Below, one piece after another: positions 14,649 to 27,830 of a stretch of DNA of 64,000 nucleotides (position 1 is its first letter; each line of letters starts with the position of its first letter). The notes beneath the pieces are model-generated. The model did no database searches. It was not told the origin of the DNA and was given only the letters and a program-made list of their open reading frames with translations. The stretch is from the human T2T-CHM13v2.0 reference genome, Homo sapiens: the NCBI RefSeq assembly GCF_009914755.1, contig NC_060926.1; one strand, 5' to 3'. Position numbers and translations under genes: made by a program.

Positions 14649-15259
14649 GTGGACAATACTGATAATAATAACAATACATAACAATACCTATCTCTCAAGA
14701 TTGTCTGAAAGAAAACAGCACACCCAGGAAGGCCCTGACATGTCATGTCAGGTGCTCAGGAAATATTCGTTCCTTTCCTGCTGTCCGAGAGTTCTCCCAG
14801 AATGTCATCCTTGGCCACTGACCCTCAGCATCCTGGGGGTTCCTCCTGCCCCTGGCCATACCACCTGCCTACACACCACCATGCTGGTGCCAGGAGGGCG
14901 GCCTGGGAATCCTGAGATGCCAGGTGGGAATGGCTGGGAAAGGGAAGAGAAAAGACCAGCAGAGAAGCTTTGCCCGGAAGGTAAGTGGTTCCTGAAGTTG
15001 GAGAGAAAGTTGCCATTGATTATTTTCCCCCTCCAGGATCTCCTAAAGCTCATTAAAGAGAATGTTTCCTCTAGCAGTGCCAGCAGGCTGTGAGTTTCTG
15101 ATCTGCCAGAAGGCTTAAAGCCTGCTCCATCTCCCCTTCTTCTTTCCCTCCTCCCATGTCCCAGACCCCAGGGATGTGGAGAGAAAACGACAATAGGCAG
15201 GGACCCTACTCTCCCAGAGCTCCTGGCCCAGAGGTAGGCATGAAACATGTGCACAAATA

Positions 15260-15896
15260 CAGTCAGTCCTCATTATCCACAGATTCTCTATTTGCAAATT
15301 CACCTGCTGGCTAAAATGTATTCATAATCCCCAAATCAATACTTGTGGTGCCTTTGCAGTTATCCAAGAACCTGCACAAAGTGGTGAGAAATTTGAATCA
15401 CCTGACGCACATGCTCCCAGCCTAGGCTGAATGGTGCAATGCTCTGCCTTCTTGTCTCGGCTCTCAGACTGTGTCCGAATGTCCTTTCTGAGGTATATTT
15501 AGTGCCATGTTTTTCGCATCTTCGTGCTTGTTGTTGTTTAAATGGTCCCTAAGCACAGTGCTGAAGTGCTGTCGAGCGCTTCTGAGCACGAGGAGGCTGT
15601 GATGTGCCTGACACAGAGCATCCATGAGTTAGCTAAGCTTTGTTCAGCTGCGAGTTGTGCTGTTGGTCGTGAACTGAATGTTAGTGAAACAACAATATAT
15701 ATTTGATAAGGTGTCTTTAAACAGAAACGTGCATAAAATAAGGTGATGTATTGATTGGTTGACAACAGTGTTGTGATGAGAAGCTCACAGGAACCCGGCC
15801 CTGTATTTCTCCTAGGAGCTGTGGTTCCGTGTCCGCTAATTTAGCATTCAGGCAGCTTGATAGAACATAACTCCCATGAATAATGAGAATTGACTG
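15260..15896 (+). mobile_element. MER82 (TcMar-Tigger), full length
   Basis: TIRs CAGTCAGTCCTCATTAT / ATAATGAGAATTGACTG; TA on the left; internal Tigger transposase N-terminus remnant at 15542-15706. Confidence 0.9.
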
Positions 15897-16459
15897 TTAC
15901 CTGCAGTACCAGCAGAATGGGAGGCCTTAAGAAGCTCCCAGCTGGGTGGGGGTAGGAGACATGGCTGCAAGCAATCTTCTGGATCAATTGTTCCAATGCT
16001 TCCCATGGCTGTTACCAAGCTTTCCGCTCCACCGCTCCACAAATAAAATAATTGAGCTGGACTTGGTAGACTGGGGCAAATTCTGGCCATGGGAAGACCT
16101 GAACACTAAAAAGAAGCAGCCAGTTCTTTGTTGAAAGCTTGATATACCCTTGAGTGAGTCTCTTCCTCTTGTCTTCTGTGCCCTTGGCCATAAACTAGAG
16201 AGACTGGACCAGACAATCTCTAAGACTTTCAAACTCCAACTGGCCGTGACTCGTTGAGATTCAGAAAAAAAGATGAAAATCTTTGCGTTCCTGGAATCAT
16301 ATCATTTGTTAAGTCAGGTCAAAATGTATGCAACTCTTCATGGCTCCACCCATACCCTGTTTTTGGATGTCACAAACATTTATTGGACAGTGATTATGCA
16401 CCATAAGAAAGGGCTAAAGCTTTTACATATCTTTTTATGTTAAAAACAAACAAACAAAA

Positions 16460-16685
16460 GCTATATGTCAGGTACTGTTGCAAGCTCTTTATCTGTGTTA
16501 ATTCATTTAATCTTGACAATGACCTTATGAGGTAGTTACTTTAATTATCTGCATTTCACATATGGGGAAACTGAGGCATGGTAAGTCGAATGAGTTTCTC
16601 CAAGGTCACACAGCCAGTAAGTAGGCACAGTGGGATTCCAATCTAGGTGCTCTCTGCCGGAGCCTGAGTCCTGAGCCCCTGCACT
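16460..16685 (-). mobile_element. MIR
   Basis: ATGGGGAAACTGAGGCA...CCAAGGTCACACAGCCAGTAAGT. Confidence 0.85.
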
Positions 16686-16719
16686 CCCCTCTCCTGCCTT
16701 TCTTGTCTGTCCAAGCCTC

Positions 16720-16870
16720 ACTGCTCACTGACCAGCAGCAGGAGTATCACCTGGGAGCTTGTTAGAAAGGCCACACCCTAGACCTGCTAAATCTGGCTCT
16801 GCATGTTAACAAAGCCCCCCACCCCCACCCCCAGGAGACTCAAACACACCTACAGTGTGAGCAGCCCTAT
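16720..16870. mobile_element. MER5A-like hAT MITE
   Basis: ATCACCTGGGAGCTTGTTAGAAA...TCTGCATGTTAACAA. Confidence 0.75.
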
Positions 16871-18149
16871 GTTAGACCATTTAACCTTCCTTTGGATGAA
16901 GAGGAAGTAGAGCTCAGTGGGATTAAGCAGCCTGGCCAAGGCCACACAGGAAGAAAACGCAGAGATGAGGCACTTGACTCAGGTCGTGATGCCACGCTGG
17001 AGGTGCCCTCCTGGGCACTCATGGCTGTGGGGGAAAAGTGGGAAGCTTCAGTTTAGTTTCAGAGTAAGTTCATATTCATTTGCTTGACAGATGAAGCTTT
17101 TCCTTAGAGGAGAAACCCTGACATTGAGCGGCGGCACATCCTGTTGACCGGGAGCCAGGCCCTGGCTGCAGCCAGCGGGGAACATCTGGATGACATTAGC
17201 AGCCTGAGTGTTTGGTTACAGAATATGTCCACCTGGCCTGGCCACAGCCAGGAAGAGAGAAGAGCTTGGGTTCAAGAGGGAGTTCCAGCAGGCGTAAGTA
17301 GTGGCTGCCAGGAAAAGCCTCTGAAGCGCATTCCGACGTGGGCTTCAGGCCAGGAGCAAGTGCAAGACTACGTTTTGGTGGTGTCCTAGGTGGGACAGAG
17401 TTTTCTTAAAGACGTAAAGTTTCCTCAGGGGGCAGCCAGTGTGATCCCATAGCTCAATCCCAGATCCTCTTGGCTGTTTTGCCGAGGGACTGTCCAGTTT
17501 CTGCTCCCACTCTTCCAGGAGCAGGAGGCTCACTTCTTCCTGAGGAAGTCAATCTCTTGTCCAAGCCCCCAGACTCCTGAAACGCCTTCTTGGTGATAAG
17601 CTGGAATCCTCCCCAAAGCTTCCAGACTCTGCCTTAGAGACACAGAACAAATCCCTAAACCATATGATGGTACTTCAGATATGAGAAATCAGCATCTGGT
17701 CCAGACTGGAGGGCTGGGGGATGATCAGAGTGTGGAACCACCTGTCCTCTGGGTGGTGCTTGTGAAGGAGGGTGTTGGGGGTTGGGTGGAAATAGGTGCC
17801 ACCCAAGACCACCTGAGACAGCCTTGCTGGGTGGGCACATGAGTGGAGGCCGTTGGGCAGGTGGGAGTCAATTGCAACCCTGAGGCAGGAGAGAGGATGG
17901 GGAATGAGGAGTAGGGCAGCTGGTGGCCAGGAAAGCTGAGATCCAGGAGGGGACAGGGGAGGAGCAGGTCAACAGGAGTGGGTCGGAAGCACCTCTCTCA
18001 TACGGAGTCTGGGCTTGAGTATCTCTGTAGGGTGTGCATTACACTGCTGCCCTCACAGAGCTGTTCAGGGTCCGGAGCCTGTCTCACACCAAGCAGGTTT
18101 TCAGAGAAGAGGCTTTGAGCTGGGTGTAAAAAGAGAGTCGGAGAATGGG

Positions 18150-18770
18150 CCCTTTGCAGTTAGATTTACCCAGGCTCAGCATGTCCCAGCCCCAGGCCCG
18201 GGGACAGATTTACACAGCTTTTCTGAATCTTAATGTTCTCCCCTGTAAAATGGAAGCGTAATACCTACTTCCTATCTTTCGTTGGATTCAGTGCTTAAAT
18301 GCATGGAATGTGGTTAGCAGAGTGCTCAACCCATAGAAAAGTTTGCACCCTTTTAAAATATTTCTGGGTGAGCAGGAATTAAAGCTTACATGGCAAACTT
18401 TTCAAATATCTGTTTATGGGCAGGAGGAAAGTGAGATAAAAATGGCTTTTGTTTCTAAGGCACCCATGAGGCCCATCCTTACTCCTTGAGGAAAATGTGT
18501 ATCTTGGTTAAGTCGCTATTAACCCCTGGCTGTTTCCCTCGACCGCTGGGACGCCACCTTAGTGTCCACCTTAGATATCTGTAGGTGCCCATGATGACAC
18601 AGGCTTGGAGGGTTTCACAGGCGCCATCTCATTTAATTTAATCCTGGCTGCCACTCTAGGGTCATCTTTCCGTTCCGTTTGTACAGATGCAGGAACTGAG
18701 TTGCAGAAAGCTTTAGGGAGGCTGTGTGACTTGCCTGAGGTCACACAGCCTCTGAGTGTGGGGGGCAGGG
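18150..18770. mobile_element. MIR fragments (plus ~18150-18340, minus ~18590-18770)
   Basis: CCTGTAAAATGGAAGCGTAATACCTAC; GTGACTTGCCTGAGGTCACACAGC. Confidence 0.7.
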
Positions 18771-20099
18771 GAACTTTCCCCCGAGTCTCCCCATTAGCTA
18801 CCCTCCAGGACAGAGAGGTTTTCTGAGGAGGGTGGGTTTGAGCTGGGGGATTCGTCCACTCCCTGACCCCACCTTGGCCCTCTCCTCACCTTGGCCTTTC
18901 CTGGGCAAGGGGCCATGGGGCAAGAGACCTCCCCAGACCTCCAGGTCCGCACCAGGCCCTGCAGCTGGCAAACCTCCTCATCCCCAACAAGGGCGGGCAT
19001 CTCCCAGGCAGCACCCCCTCTCCGGAAAGCATAATCAGCAGCAGCTAATCTAATCAGGTGGGGCTCCCACAGCTGAGCCTTCCAGTCCAGAATCCACCCC
19101 TGCCCCTGCCTGCCAGACCCCTTTTCTAAAATCTGTGATCTTCCTGCTTGAAATCACCTTTAATTTCCCTCAGGAATGAACAAGCATTTAGAGGTTTGGT
19201 TTCAATTACACCTGGAAAAAAAGTTTGACACAAATTTCAAGCCAAATAAATTAGGAAACCACAGACCCGGGACTACAAAGCGAGCGATGAGGAGAGGCTG
19301 AACTTCATCCCTGGGTGAGCGCAGACCCTGTGCCATGCTCCTCACTGCTCACCAATGCCTGGCCAGCGTTCTCCTCCCCTGCCTGGGCTTTCTCCCCCAG
19401 GAAGCCTTCCTTGACTGCCCCAGCCACCAGGGGTCTCTCCTGCCTTTGCTCTCCTAGAGTCACAATTCTGTGGGTGACTGCCTTAGGAAAAGAATCGCTT
19501 TGTAACCACCTCTTACCTCCCAGCTCTCTCACATTCCCTCACCAAATATGCATCCGTGGAGGCCGCAGCAATGATAATACCCAGTTTCCACATGATTAAT
19601 GTGATTTCCTTCACCTCATTTCTTTTTCCCTCAACCACCAGAGCAAAGCATCAACCATTGCCCAGGTATCAGCTTCAACAGCACCTCCTTCAGGAAGCCT
19701 TCCTTGATTGCTCCAGGCCAGGCAGAGGGTGAGTGCAGGAGGGAATCTGAGGTCCCAACATATCTGATTCCCAAATCCCTGGGCAATATTACAGTCTGGC
19801 TGGGGATGCAGGGCAGCAGCACAGGACATGTGTACGCCGTCACCACCTGCCCACGGGAATGCAGCCATCTAGGGAATGTGGGGGTCCTCAGAGTTGCCCC
19901 TGAGGGCCAAGGGGTCCCAAGTAAATATAAACAAATTGTCCAGTAATCTGGTCTCCAAAGATGGGCCAGGCTCAGAGATGTGGTCATGCCAGAAAAATAG
20001 CTGATTTTGGCTCCGGAAGACACTAACTGTGAAGCGGAGCTGGACTAGGAGTGGACCGTTTCCATCAAAGAGGTGGGTGGGATTTAGCACACTGCCTTC

Positions 20100-20300
20100 C
20101 TTGTTTCTGTGTCCATTTTCTCCATAACATTGTGAGCTTTTGAGGACAAAGTTTTTATCTGGTTAACCTGTGAATGGATGGCACTTACTTAGTCATTCAA
20201 TAAATATTGGTGGAAGAAAGTAAGATATGGAGGAAGGTTGAAAGGAAGGACAGAAGGGAAAAAGAGAAGAAAGGAGGAAGGGAAGGAGGGAGGAAGGAAA
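20100..20300 (+). mobile_element. L2 3' end plus GA-rich tail
   Basis: TTGTGAGCTTTTGAGGACAAAG...TCAATAAATATTGGTGGA, then (GGAA)-rich. Confidence 0.65.
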
Positions 20301-21309
20301 TGCCAGAGGAATCCCTGAGACATCTCAGCCAAGTGCCACTGGCCTCAGCTAGTCATGGTAGATGAATATTTGTAAAAGAAACTAAGCTGATTCCGATGCT
20401 TCTGGGAAAAAATCCCAACTTCCAGGCTTGAACTTTAAGCTCCTCACCATCTGGCCCTAATATTTCCTTCTGGCCTCATCTCCCACTATCAGTGAATGAA
20501 CTCAACCAGCCTGCATGCAGTTGGCCACAGCCTGGCCCTAGCACTGAAATCGCCACCTGGCTTTCTTATCTCTGAGTCACTCAGTCCCCATATCCTACTT
20601 GGATGGAACCCCTTGAGAGGTTTTAAGGGTCCTTTCCAGGCATCCAGTCCTAAGGATACTCATCTCTGAAAAGAAAGAGGAGAAAGAAAACGGATACAAT
20701 GCAGGATCATGAGTGTGACAGCAGAAGGACTTCCAGGATAAGATGGAGCCTCCAAGGCTAGCTGAAGGCTCAGAGGGAGAAAAGTGCCTGAACTAAGGCT
20801 TGGAGGATGAGCTATGATTGCTGGTGATTAAGGGAGAAGACAGACATTCTAGACAGAGGAGGGGCCTATGCCCAGGCACAGAGAGCAGGTGCTGTAATGG
20901 ATCCACTGCCCTTCCTCTGGCTCAGCCTGGACAATTCCTTTGCATCCTAGAGGTCCCAAACTTTCTTCTTCCGTGCGTTCCTCCCTCTCTGACCCTGTGG
21001 TCCCTCCAGCCCCCTCCCACAGAGCACCTGGTGCCACCCTCTCTCAGTGCAGGGCTCTGGGTCTGGGTCTGTTTTGCTTCATGGTCAGAGGTACAAGCAC
21101 AAGTCACCCTCTTGCTCCTACTGGTCTGGAAGCACCCTAGAAACAGGTGACTCATCCTTGAGGTAGTCTCTAGCAGAGCCTGAAACAGGTGCTCAGCTGA
21201 TGCAAATCTAAACACAACTGTAGCTATGACTATCGGGTGCTGTGCCAGGCACCAGATGTGCAGAGACAAATACAACCAGTAGATTCACGTACCCTTTTCT
21301 ATCTAGGGA

Positions 21310-23500
21310 ACACTCAGCCAGTGCTAAGTGCTTGGCATTTGTCCTTGCAGCAACCTGGTTCCCAATTGGGTCACTGTGACAGGGGAGAAATCGAAGGCCA
21401 GAGTCACAGATCCCACAAGTGGCAAAGCCAGACCTCAAACCCAGGGTGTTTTGAGTTCCAACTCAGCATATTCCCCAACACCCCAAGTGCCCTCCCTGCT
21501 CCCGGGGTTGTCCTGGGACTAGCTGGGAATGAGGCGAGTGAGGCAGTGCTGAGAGATCTTTGAAGGGCTCTGCAGGCCAATAGGTCCTCAGGCCTCACAC
21601 CAGGAAGTCCCGGCTGCTTCCTGGACAGGAAGGCAGCGCAGGGGAGAGGGCAGGTGCCTGGGGACCCTGGGACCCTGGCCTGATCCTTCTTGTACATGAG
21701 CCACAGGGAACACAGCCTACAGGGCAAGCCCAGGAGCATCCCAAGAGGATGGACATAGGGGAGAGTGAAGTCAGGCCATCGCATATTATCCAATTTTTCT
21801 GGCACCAAAATCCCTGCTCCCCCAGGTCAGCATACTGCTCCCGTGATGTCAGCGCATGCAGTCAGAGTCAGAGGCACATGCACGAGAGGAACTGCATGGG
21901 TTCAATGAACCCGGGAGGTTACACTGTGAGGGGACGACCCACCAGATGGGACTATTAGAATTCCAGAAGTCTACACCATGTATGTCCGGCATGGTCTCTG
22001 GCTTCAGGCACAGCCCTGTCCCCACACCCCACACCCCACACCCACCCCAGTATAGTGAATATTCACCCAAGTATAGCGAATGCCAAGGGCTTTGCAATCA
22101 TTTCGGTAATGACTTGATATTCCAGAGGATCTAACACCATGCCCAGATGGGACTTCAGGTGTATAAAGTGTTTTTACCTCCAGCCGGTTCCTACCGTGTC
22201 CCTGAGTACTGGGGTTCACCCCCATCCCAGGTGAATAGCAGGCCCCAAGAGATAACATGCTTTGCCGAGGTCACACCTTTATTTCAATGACACAATCCTT
22301 TATCAACACCCACTCAGTAAAAGGGACGGTGACGCTTTGCACATTTCATTTCATTTTTACAACGATCCTGAGAGACAGAAATTAATACCCTCATTTTACA
22401 AATGGGGAATGAAGGTTCTGAAAGGAGTTGATGCAATTTGGCTAAAGTCACACAGTGGGTAAGCAGCCGATGTGGGACTCAAACCCTGTCACACAACTGT
22501 GTACGCCAGCTCCGAAGAGAGCAAAACCTGGCAGAAGGAAGTTGGCCAGTGCAGGGTGGTACAAGCAAAATACAAGAGTTCAGAAGCTAGGCTGGGCCTG
22601 GAGCGGACCAGTGTTGAGGAAGCCTTGTCTCCTCTCCTCCCCCCGGAATGTGAGCAATGTTTGATGACGCAAGACCCAGGCCTTCAGCCGCCTCCAGGGT
22701 GAGACTGGGCCCTGGGTCTCTCCAAGCCTTGGTGGGCCCCGGCGGCTGGGGACTGTGTGTCCTTTGGAATGAATGGAGCCCACAGTGTGAGTGCAGGCCT
22801 GGCTAGGACCCAGGGGCAGAAGCATGGGTACAGCCACTTCATTGTGTGGGCACAGGAACCCACTGGGGCCACATGCAAATGAGCCAGCTGGTGGGGATGG
22901 CGGCCACAGGCCAGGAGTCAGCCACGAGGAGGAACAGGAAGGAAGATGCCCAGGAGGAGAGGCCCAGGAATCTGAGCACGCAGCCTCCATCCTCGGTCTG
23001 CTAGAAACCAAGATCCTAGGGATGGCTGCCCCACCTTTGCTCCCCAGTGGAGGTGCAGTCAGCAACGCTGCCGGGGTATGAAGGATTTGAACCTTCAAAC
23101 GCTTGATGGCCCAGACTCTCTCCAGAACAGAAAAATCTGTGTGCACACACACTCATGCACACAGTATAGGCACAAATGCAAGCGATTCAGACCTAGGCTT
23201 GTATCGCTGACATAATCGGTTCTCAAAACCTTTATGACAACGTGCAAATGATTATGAAGTCCCCTTAGCGTTTCGATAGACCTACCACGTGCACAGCCAT
23301 TTCTCTTCCAGTATCTTAGTTTATTCCCACAGCCACCTTTTGAAGTCAACGAAATTGCAAACTTCGTCCCTGGCAATATGTTTTACAGATGAAGAAATGA
23401 AGGTTGGGCCAGTATCGGTGATTTCATTACGGTAAATTGCCAGTTAGTGACAAAGCTGGCACTAAAAGCAAGGTCTTGTGACTTTTAGTCCAAAGTCTTC
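21310..23500 (-). mobile_element. Three separate MIR fragments (~21310-21470, ~22330-22510, ~23340-23500)
   Basis: Cores such as CATTTTACAAATGGGGAATGAAGG and TTTTACAGATGAAGAAATGAAGG; the sequence between them is not MIR. Confidence 0.65.
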
Positions 23501-24010
23501 CTCCGTGGGGGCCCTGATCCTCCAGCCTGGGTCTTCCTGCCTGTGGGCTCCCTGTGGGCACCGCCACTCTCAATTCCCAGCCCCTTTGTGTTGTTCTGTC
23601 TGCTCAGGGGCAGCTCATGCTCCACCTCAACCTCCATCCCGTGGGCCTCTCCACATAGCTGGGTTCAGGCAGGGTCTTCTCCTGCCTGGGATAAGAGAAT
23701 GGAAGGCTTTTAAATGGGTGAATCACTTAGACCCAGAGAGAATGCTTCAATTTGGTTATAATAGAGGGGAGAGGAGTCTACCCAGACAAGCAAGGGAAAA
23801 ATGAATCCGCTGTGTGAACTGGCATGGCAGAGGCTGGGGATTGGCCAACACGATGTGCCCTAGGGCGAGTTGCTTGTCTAGTTTTCTCTTTCTGGGCACC
23901 AGAACCTTAGCTACAATAGATCTCTGGAGTATATTTGGCCTAGATATCTATATGAAACTTTTCTGTAGAGTTTTTTTTTTTTAATTCAGAACTCCATAAA
24001 AATCATAAAA

Positions 24011-24305
24011 ACCAGGTGCTGTGGCTCATGCCTGTAATCCCAGAATTTTGAGGGGCCAAAGTAGGAGGATCCCTTGAGCCCAACCTAAGCAATATATTGA
24101 AACCCCATCTCGACAAAAAAATAATCAAAAATTTAGCCAGGAATAGTAGTGAACACCTGTGGTGGTCCCGGCTACTCAAGAGGCTGAGGTGGGAGGATTA
24201 CTTAGCTCAGGAGGTAGAGGCTACCATGAGCTGTGATCATGCCATTGCCTGGACTACAGCATGAGACCCTTTCTAAAAAAAAAAAAACCCAAAAAAATAA
24301 AATAA
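24011..24305 (+). mobile_element. Alu (AluJ-like) with two small internal deletions
   Basis: Lacks AGGAGTTCGAGACC in the left arm and ACTCCAG in the right arm; A-rich tail. Confidence 0.9.
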
Positions 24306-25004
24306 GGAGACCATTTTAACCCGCAGTGTAAGAGGACAGGAAGGCTGTGACCATTATTGATAACCCCTACCCAATAAATTACTGAAACTTCTCACGCAGG
24401 TGAAACGATAGGAGGAAAAGTTGGGAAAAGTATGTCTGGTTTGTTCACCAGGAGACCTCAGCAACCAGCCCAGAGCTGGCCACACTAAGTGGGCACAATG
24501 CACGATGCTCCATGTGAACACTGACTCTTCCTTTTCTCTTAGCTGGGCTGGAAATAGACTTTGTCCTCTGACTTCCTTTGTCCTCATCTGCAAACAGGGC
24601 AGATGTGAGAGGCCTGGCAAGTGTCTATGATCTGGGTGAAAACATCTGCTTCCAGCACACACGACACAAGTCAGCAGGAGCCAGGAATGTTCCTGCACTC
24701 GCTACCGTTTGACTTCTTTCATTAATAACTTGGGAGGATTGCAGGCAAGGGCTTCTGGCAGGAATGAAAGGAAATGATCCAAGAAAAAAATCAAACTCAT
24801 AAATAAGTTAAAGTGACTGATGGAAGGCTTTTGATCTTTTTTTTTAAGTGAAATATGGGCATTTCCCTTCAGAACTCCGCAGGTAGAGGGAGAAGCCAAG
24901 AGGGCTGACTTCTTAGGGGTTAGCATGTAGACACACACTTTCAAACTATGGCCCCTTCTCATTGGTCTTCTGGGGATCGGGAAGTCTCAGTTGGGCTGAG
25001 AGGA

Positions 25005-25187
25005 GGATGGCAGAATAAAGGAGAAAGAGCATGAACTTTGGAATCAGTCCAAGCTGGGTTTCAAACCAGTTGTGTGATCTTGGGCAAGTTCATTATCCAA
25101 ATGTTACATTCCTTTTGTGTCGACTGGGGGAAAGAATGCCTGCCTCACAGAATAGCTGTGGAAACTGAACTTGGTGATGTGAACATA
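25005..25187 (+). mobile_element. MIR
   Basis: TTGTGTGATCTTGGGCAAGTT core. Confidence 0.7.
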
Positions 25188-25630
25188 TATTAATCAGGAT
25201 AAGTATTCCTTAACTGCCACAATGGACAAGTCTCCAAAGTTCTGTGGCAAAGCATAACACGAATCACCCGCTCCAAGTCCCATGCAGGTTGATGGAGCTC
25301 CCCTCCATCCCATGACTCAGGTAGAAGGACCGTACCTTTCAGCAGGTGAGACCATGCTGGTCCACACCTGCTGTCCCAGCTTCATTGTCATTAGCACCCT
25401 CCCCCGTCCCTCTCAAAAGCGTCCCTTTTTGAGTGACAAATTATACAGTCACTTTAGGCTCAAAGAGCCAGACTCCCTCTGTCCTGTGAGGCCATCTTCT
25501 CTACATGTGGCATCCAAGGTCGTCATGGCACAATGGTCCTTCAGTGCATCAGTTCAACAGTGACATATGCCATTCTGCCCCCCATTTCATCAGCTAGTCT
25601 GGTCACACGGCCTCACCCGACAGTCCTGCC
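25188..25630 (-). mobile_element. MLT1 (K/L-like) MaLR LTR
   Basis: TATTAATCAGGATAAG start; CCCATTTCATCAGCTAGTCTGGTCACACGGCC near end. Confidence 0.55.
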
Positions 25631-25849
25631 ATCTTCCCACATACCCAGCAAGGGGAGTGAGCCCGATGCGGGTGTGCGGGGTGGAATGAGGTTCTCAGTG
25701 AGTGTTTTGTCCCTGCTCTGCTCCTCCCACCATTCCTCGGGAGGCACACAAAGTAGGAGGAGAAAAACATCATCTTGTGGACACGTCAGACCACAAAACA
25801 CCAAAAGTTCTGAGATGTACACATTTTTAAGGCAAAATGAAATATAGCC

Positions 25850-26040
25850 CTTTACTGTTTCCAAAGGGCTTTTGCGTTCAGGATCTCACTTGATCTTCCC
25901 AACAGCACCATGAGGCAACACTGGAATTTCCATTTACAAGGGAAAACTGAGGTTCAGAGAGACACACACCCATTTCACAAGGCTGCAAGAGATGGAGCCA
26001 GGACTTGAACTCAGTCCTTCCACTTTGCCATCCAGTTCTC
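25850..26040 (-). mobile_element. MIR
   Basis: CCATTTACAAGGGAAAACTGAGGTTCAGAGAG...GGACTTGAACTCAG. Confidence 0.75.
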
Positions 26041-26699
26041 ATTCCCTTTCTGCCTCTCACAGTCCTACAAATGCATATGACAATGCTATGGACATCCTCA
26101 TTAGTGAGCCCACAGATGGATTTCCTGAGTGCAGGACCAAGAATCAGTGGTGAGGCCAGAGCTGAGGGGTAAAGGCTGTTAATCTAGGATCAAATAATAG
26201 AAATGAAGGGAGTATGAAGAGGCCCCTTCCCTCACCTCTTTCTTATTATACTCAGGGAGACTGGGGCCCACGAAGACTTGCCTAAGGTCGCACAGCGAAC
26301 TAGTACCTGAGACCACTGGCTTTCCTGATTCCTATTACAGTGTTCTTTCTGCTGCTCTATTACAAAATCAAAGGGGAGAAAATGAAGAATAGACTGCTTC
26401 CTTGGTTATTGTGAAAAAGAGAGAAGCCAATATAGGCACAGGGGAACAAGAGGGCATATGATCTCTGCCATGTTCATGGGAAGCCCAAGGACCCTTGGAA
26501 TACTAAAGAGTGGAGAATCCCTGTAGGCTCAGGGGAGATAGGAAGGCTTCATATTATTTACATGTGATCCAGACTGTCAGCTCTCCATTAAGATCCTCTC
26601 TTCCATGTGACTGGCAATGTTAAGCCTTCCAGAGGAGAGATGAAAACAAGTCATTCTAGTTGGAAGCAACTGGATGCTTGGCAGTGTAGCTGTCCATCC

Positions 26700-27830
26700 A
26701 TTTGGTCCTTCTTCCAAAATGTATTTACTGAGCAGGTGTGTGTTCTCAGGCACCCTGCGGCAGGCATTCTGGGCATGCCATGATGAGAGATTCAGCTCCT
26801 GTCCTTAGGAAGCTCCCAGTCTAGTTTGGGAGACAGCCAATTGGGACACAAGGCACTAACCCAGCCTGAGTGGGAACTAAAAGGATTTATTTTCTAGAAA
26901 AGGTGACATCTGAGCTGAGACTTGGAGTTGGTGAGCAGTTCTAGGTATGCTGGAGCAAGATTTGAGTTTGATATAATGAGAGATGATGCAATCCAGAAAG
27001 ACACAAAGGAATCAGCATATGAAGGACTTTGACTGCAGAGTCTGTATGTGATCCCATAGGCGATGGGGGCTACTGAAGACTGTGGAGCAGGAGAGTAATG
27101 TGATCAGATTCAGGTTTAAGAAATCTCTCTCCAGCAGCTGATGATGGGCGGGCTGAAGATAGAGATGAGACTCTAGTCTACATTTCTCTGGAAGACACTT
27201 CCAGCACCATAGTGCAGCCACCATCGTCTCCCATCTAAGTGACTACAACCAAGTCCAGATTTGCCTCCTCCAGTCCATTCTCAAGAGGTCAGTGTGACTG
27301 ATCCTTCCAGAACTCAAATAGGATCATGTCTTCTTCCCCTGTTTAAAGCCTTCAGTGCCATTCCACTGCCCTCAGACAGTCCTTGCATGATCTGGCATAG
27401 GTTGCCTCTCAAATTAGGTTCTTGAACTTTCTTTGTCTTCTGTGTGTCAACAAACTCAATGTTCCTCAAAGGTATAGTGTTCTCTCCTGTCTCGGGGCCC
27501 ACAGACCTATGCTTTTCTCTGTTCCCCCTTACTTCCCACATCCCCAGCCTTATCTCCCCAATTCCACTCCTTCAAATCTTAGCTTAGATGTCACTTCCAT
27601 CTGGGAAGTCCTCTGGCCCCCAAAGCTAGAAGAGGTGTTTCTTATCTATGTTCTCACTGCAGCCTGCACCTGGCTATATGGTCGTTGCCTATTTACTAGT
27701 CCATACCCCACCAGACCACAACCACGTGAAGATGCAACTAGAAAAACAGGACTCTCGTGTTGATGCTCCATCCCCAGGGCCTGGTACGGTATCTGGCATA
27801 TTTGCACAAGTATTTGTTGACTGCACGAAT
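26700..27830. mobile_element. Two L2 fragments in opposite orientation (minus ~26700-27165, plus ~27170-27830)
   Basis: GTATTTACTGAGCAGG...GGTGACATCTGAGCTGAGACTTG; then CCACCATCGTCTCCCATCT...GTATTTGTTGACTG. Confidence 0.75.

Noticed and set aside
19398-19716. Repeated CAGGAAGCCTTCCTTGAYTGCYCCAG
   Set aside because: Both copies match a well-conserved L2 segment; too short to call a local duplication.
21850-22275. Possible ancient LTR
   Set aside because: Could not assign a family; the right end also resembles a MIR core.
22580-23152. 190-aa ORF
   Set aside because: Pro/Ser-rich, no recognisable family; expected by chance in GC-rich DNA.
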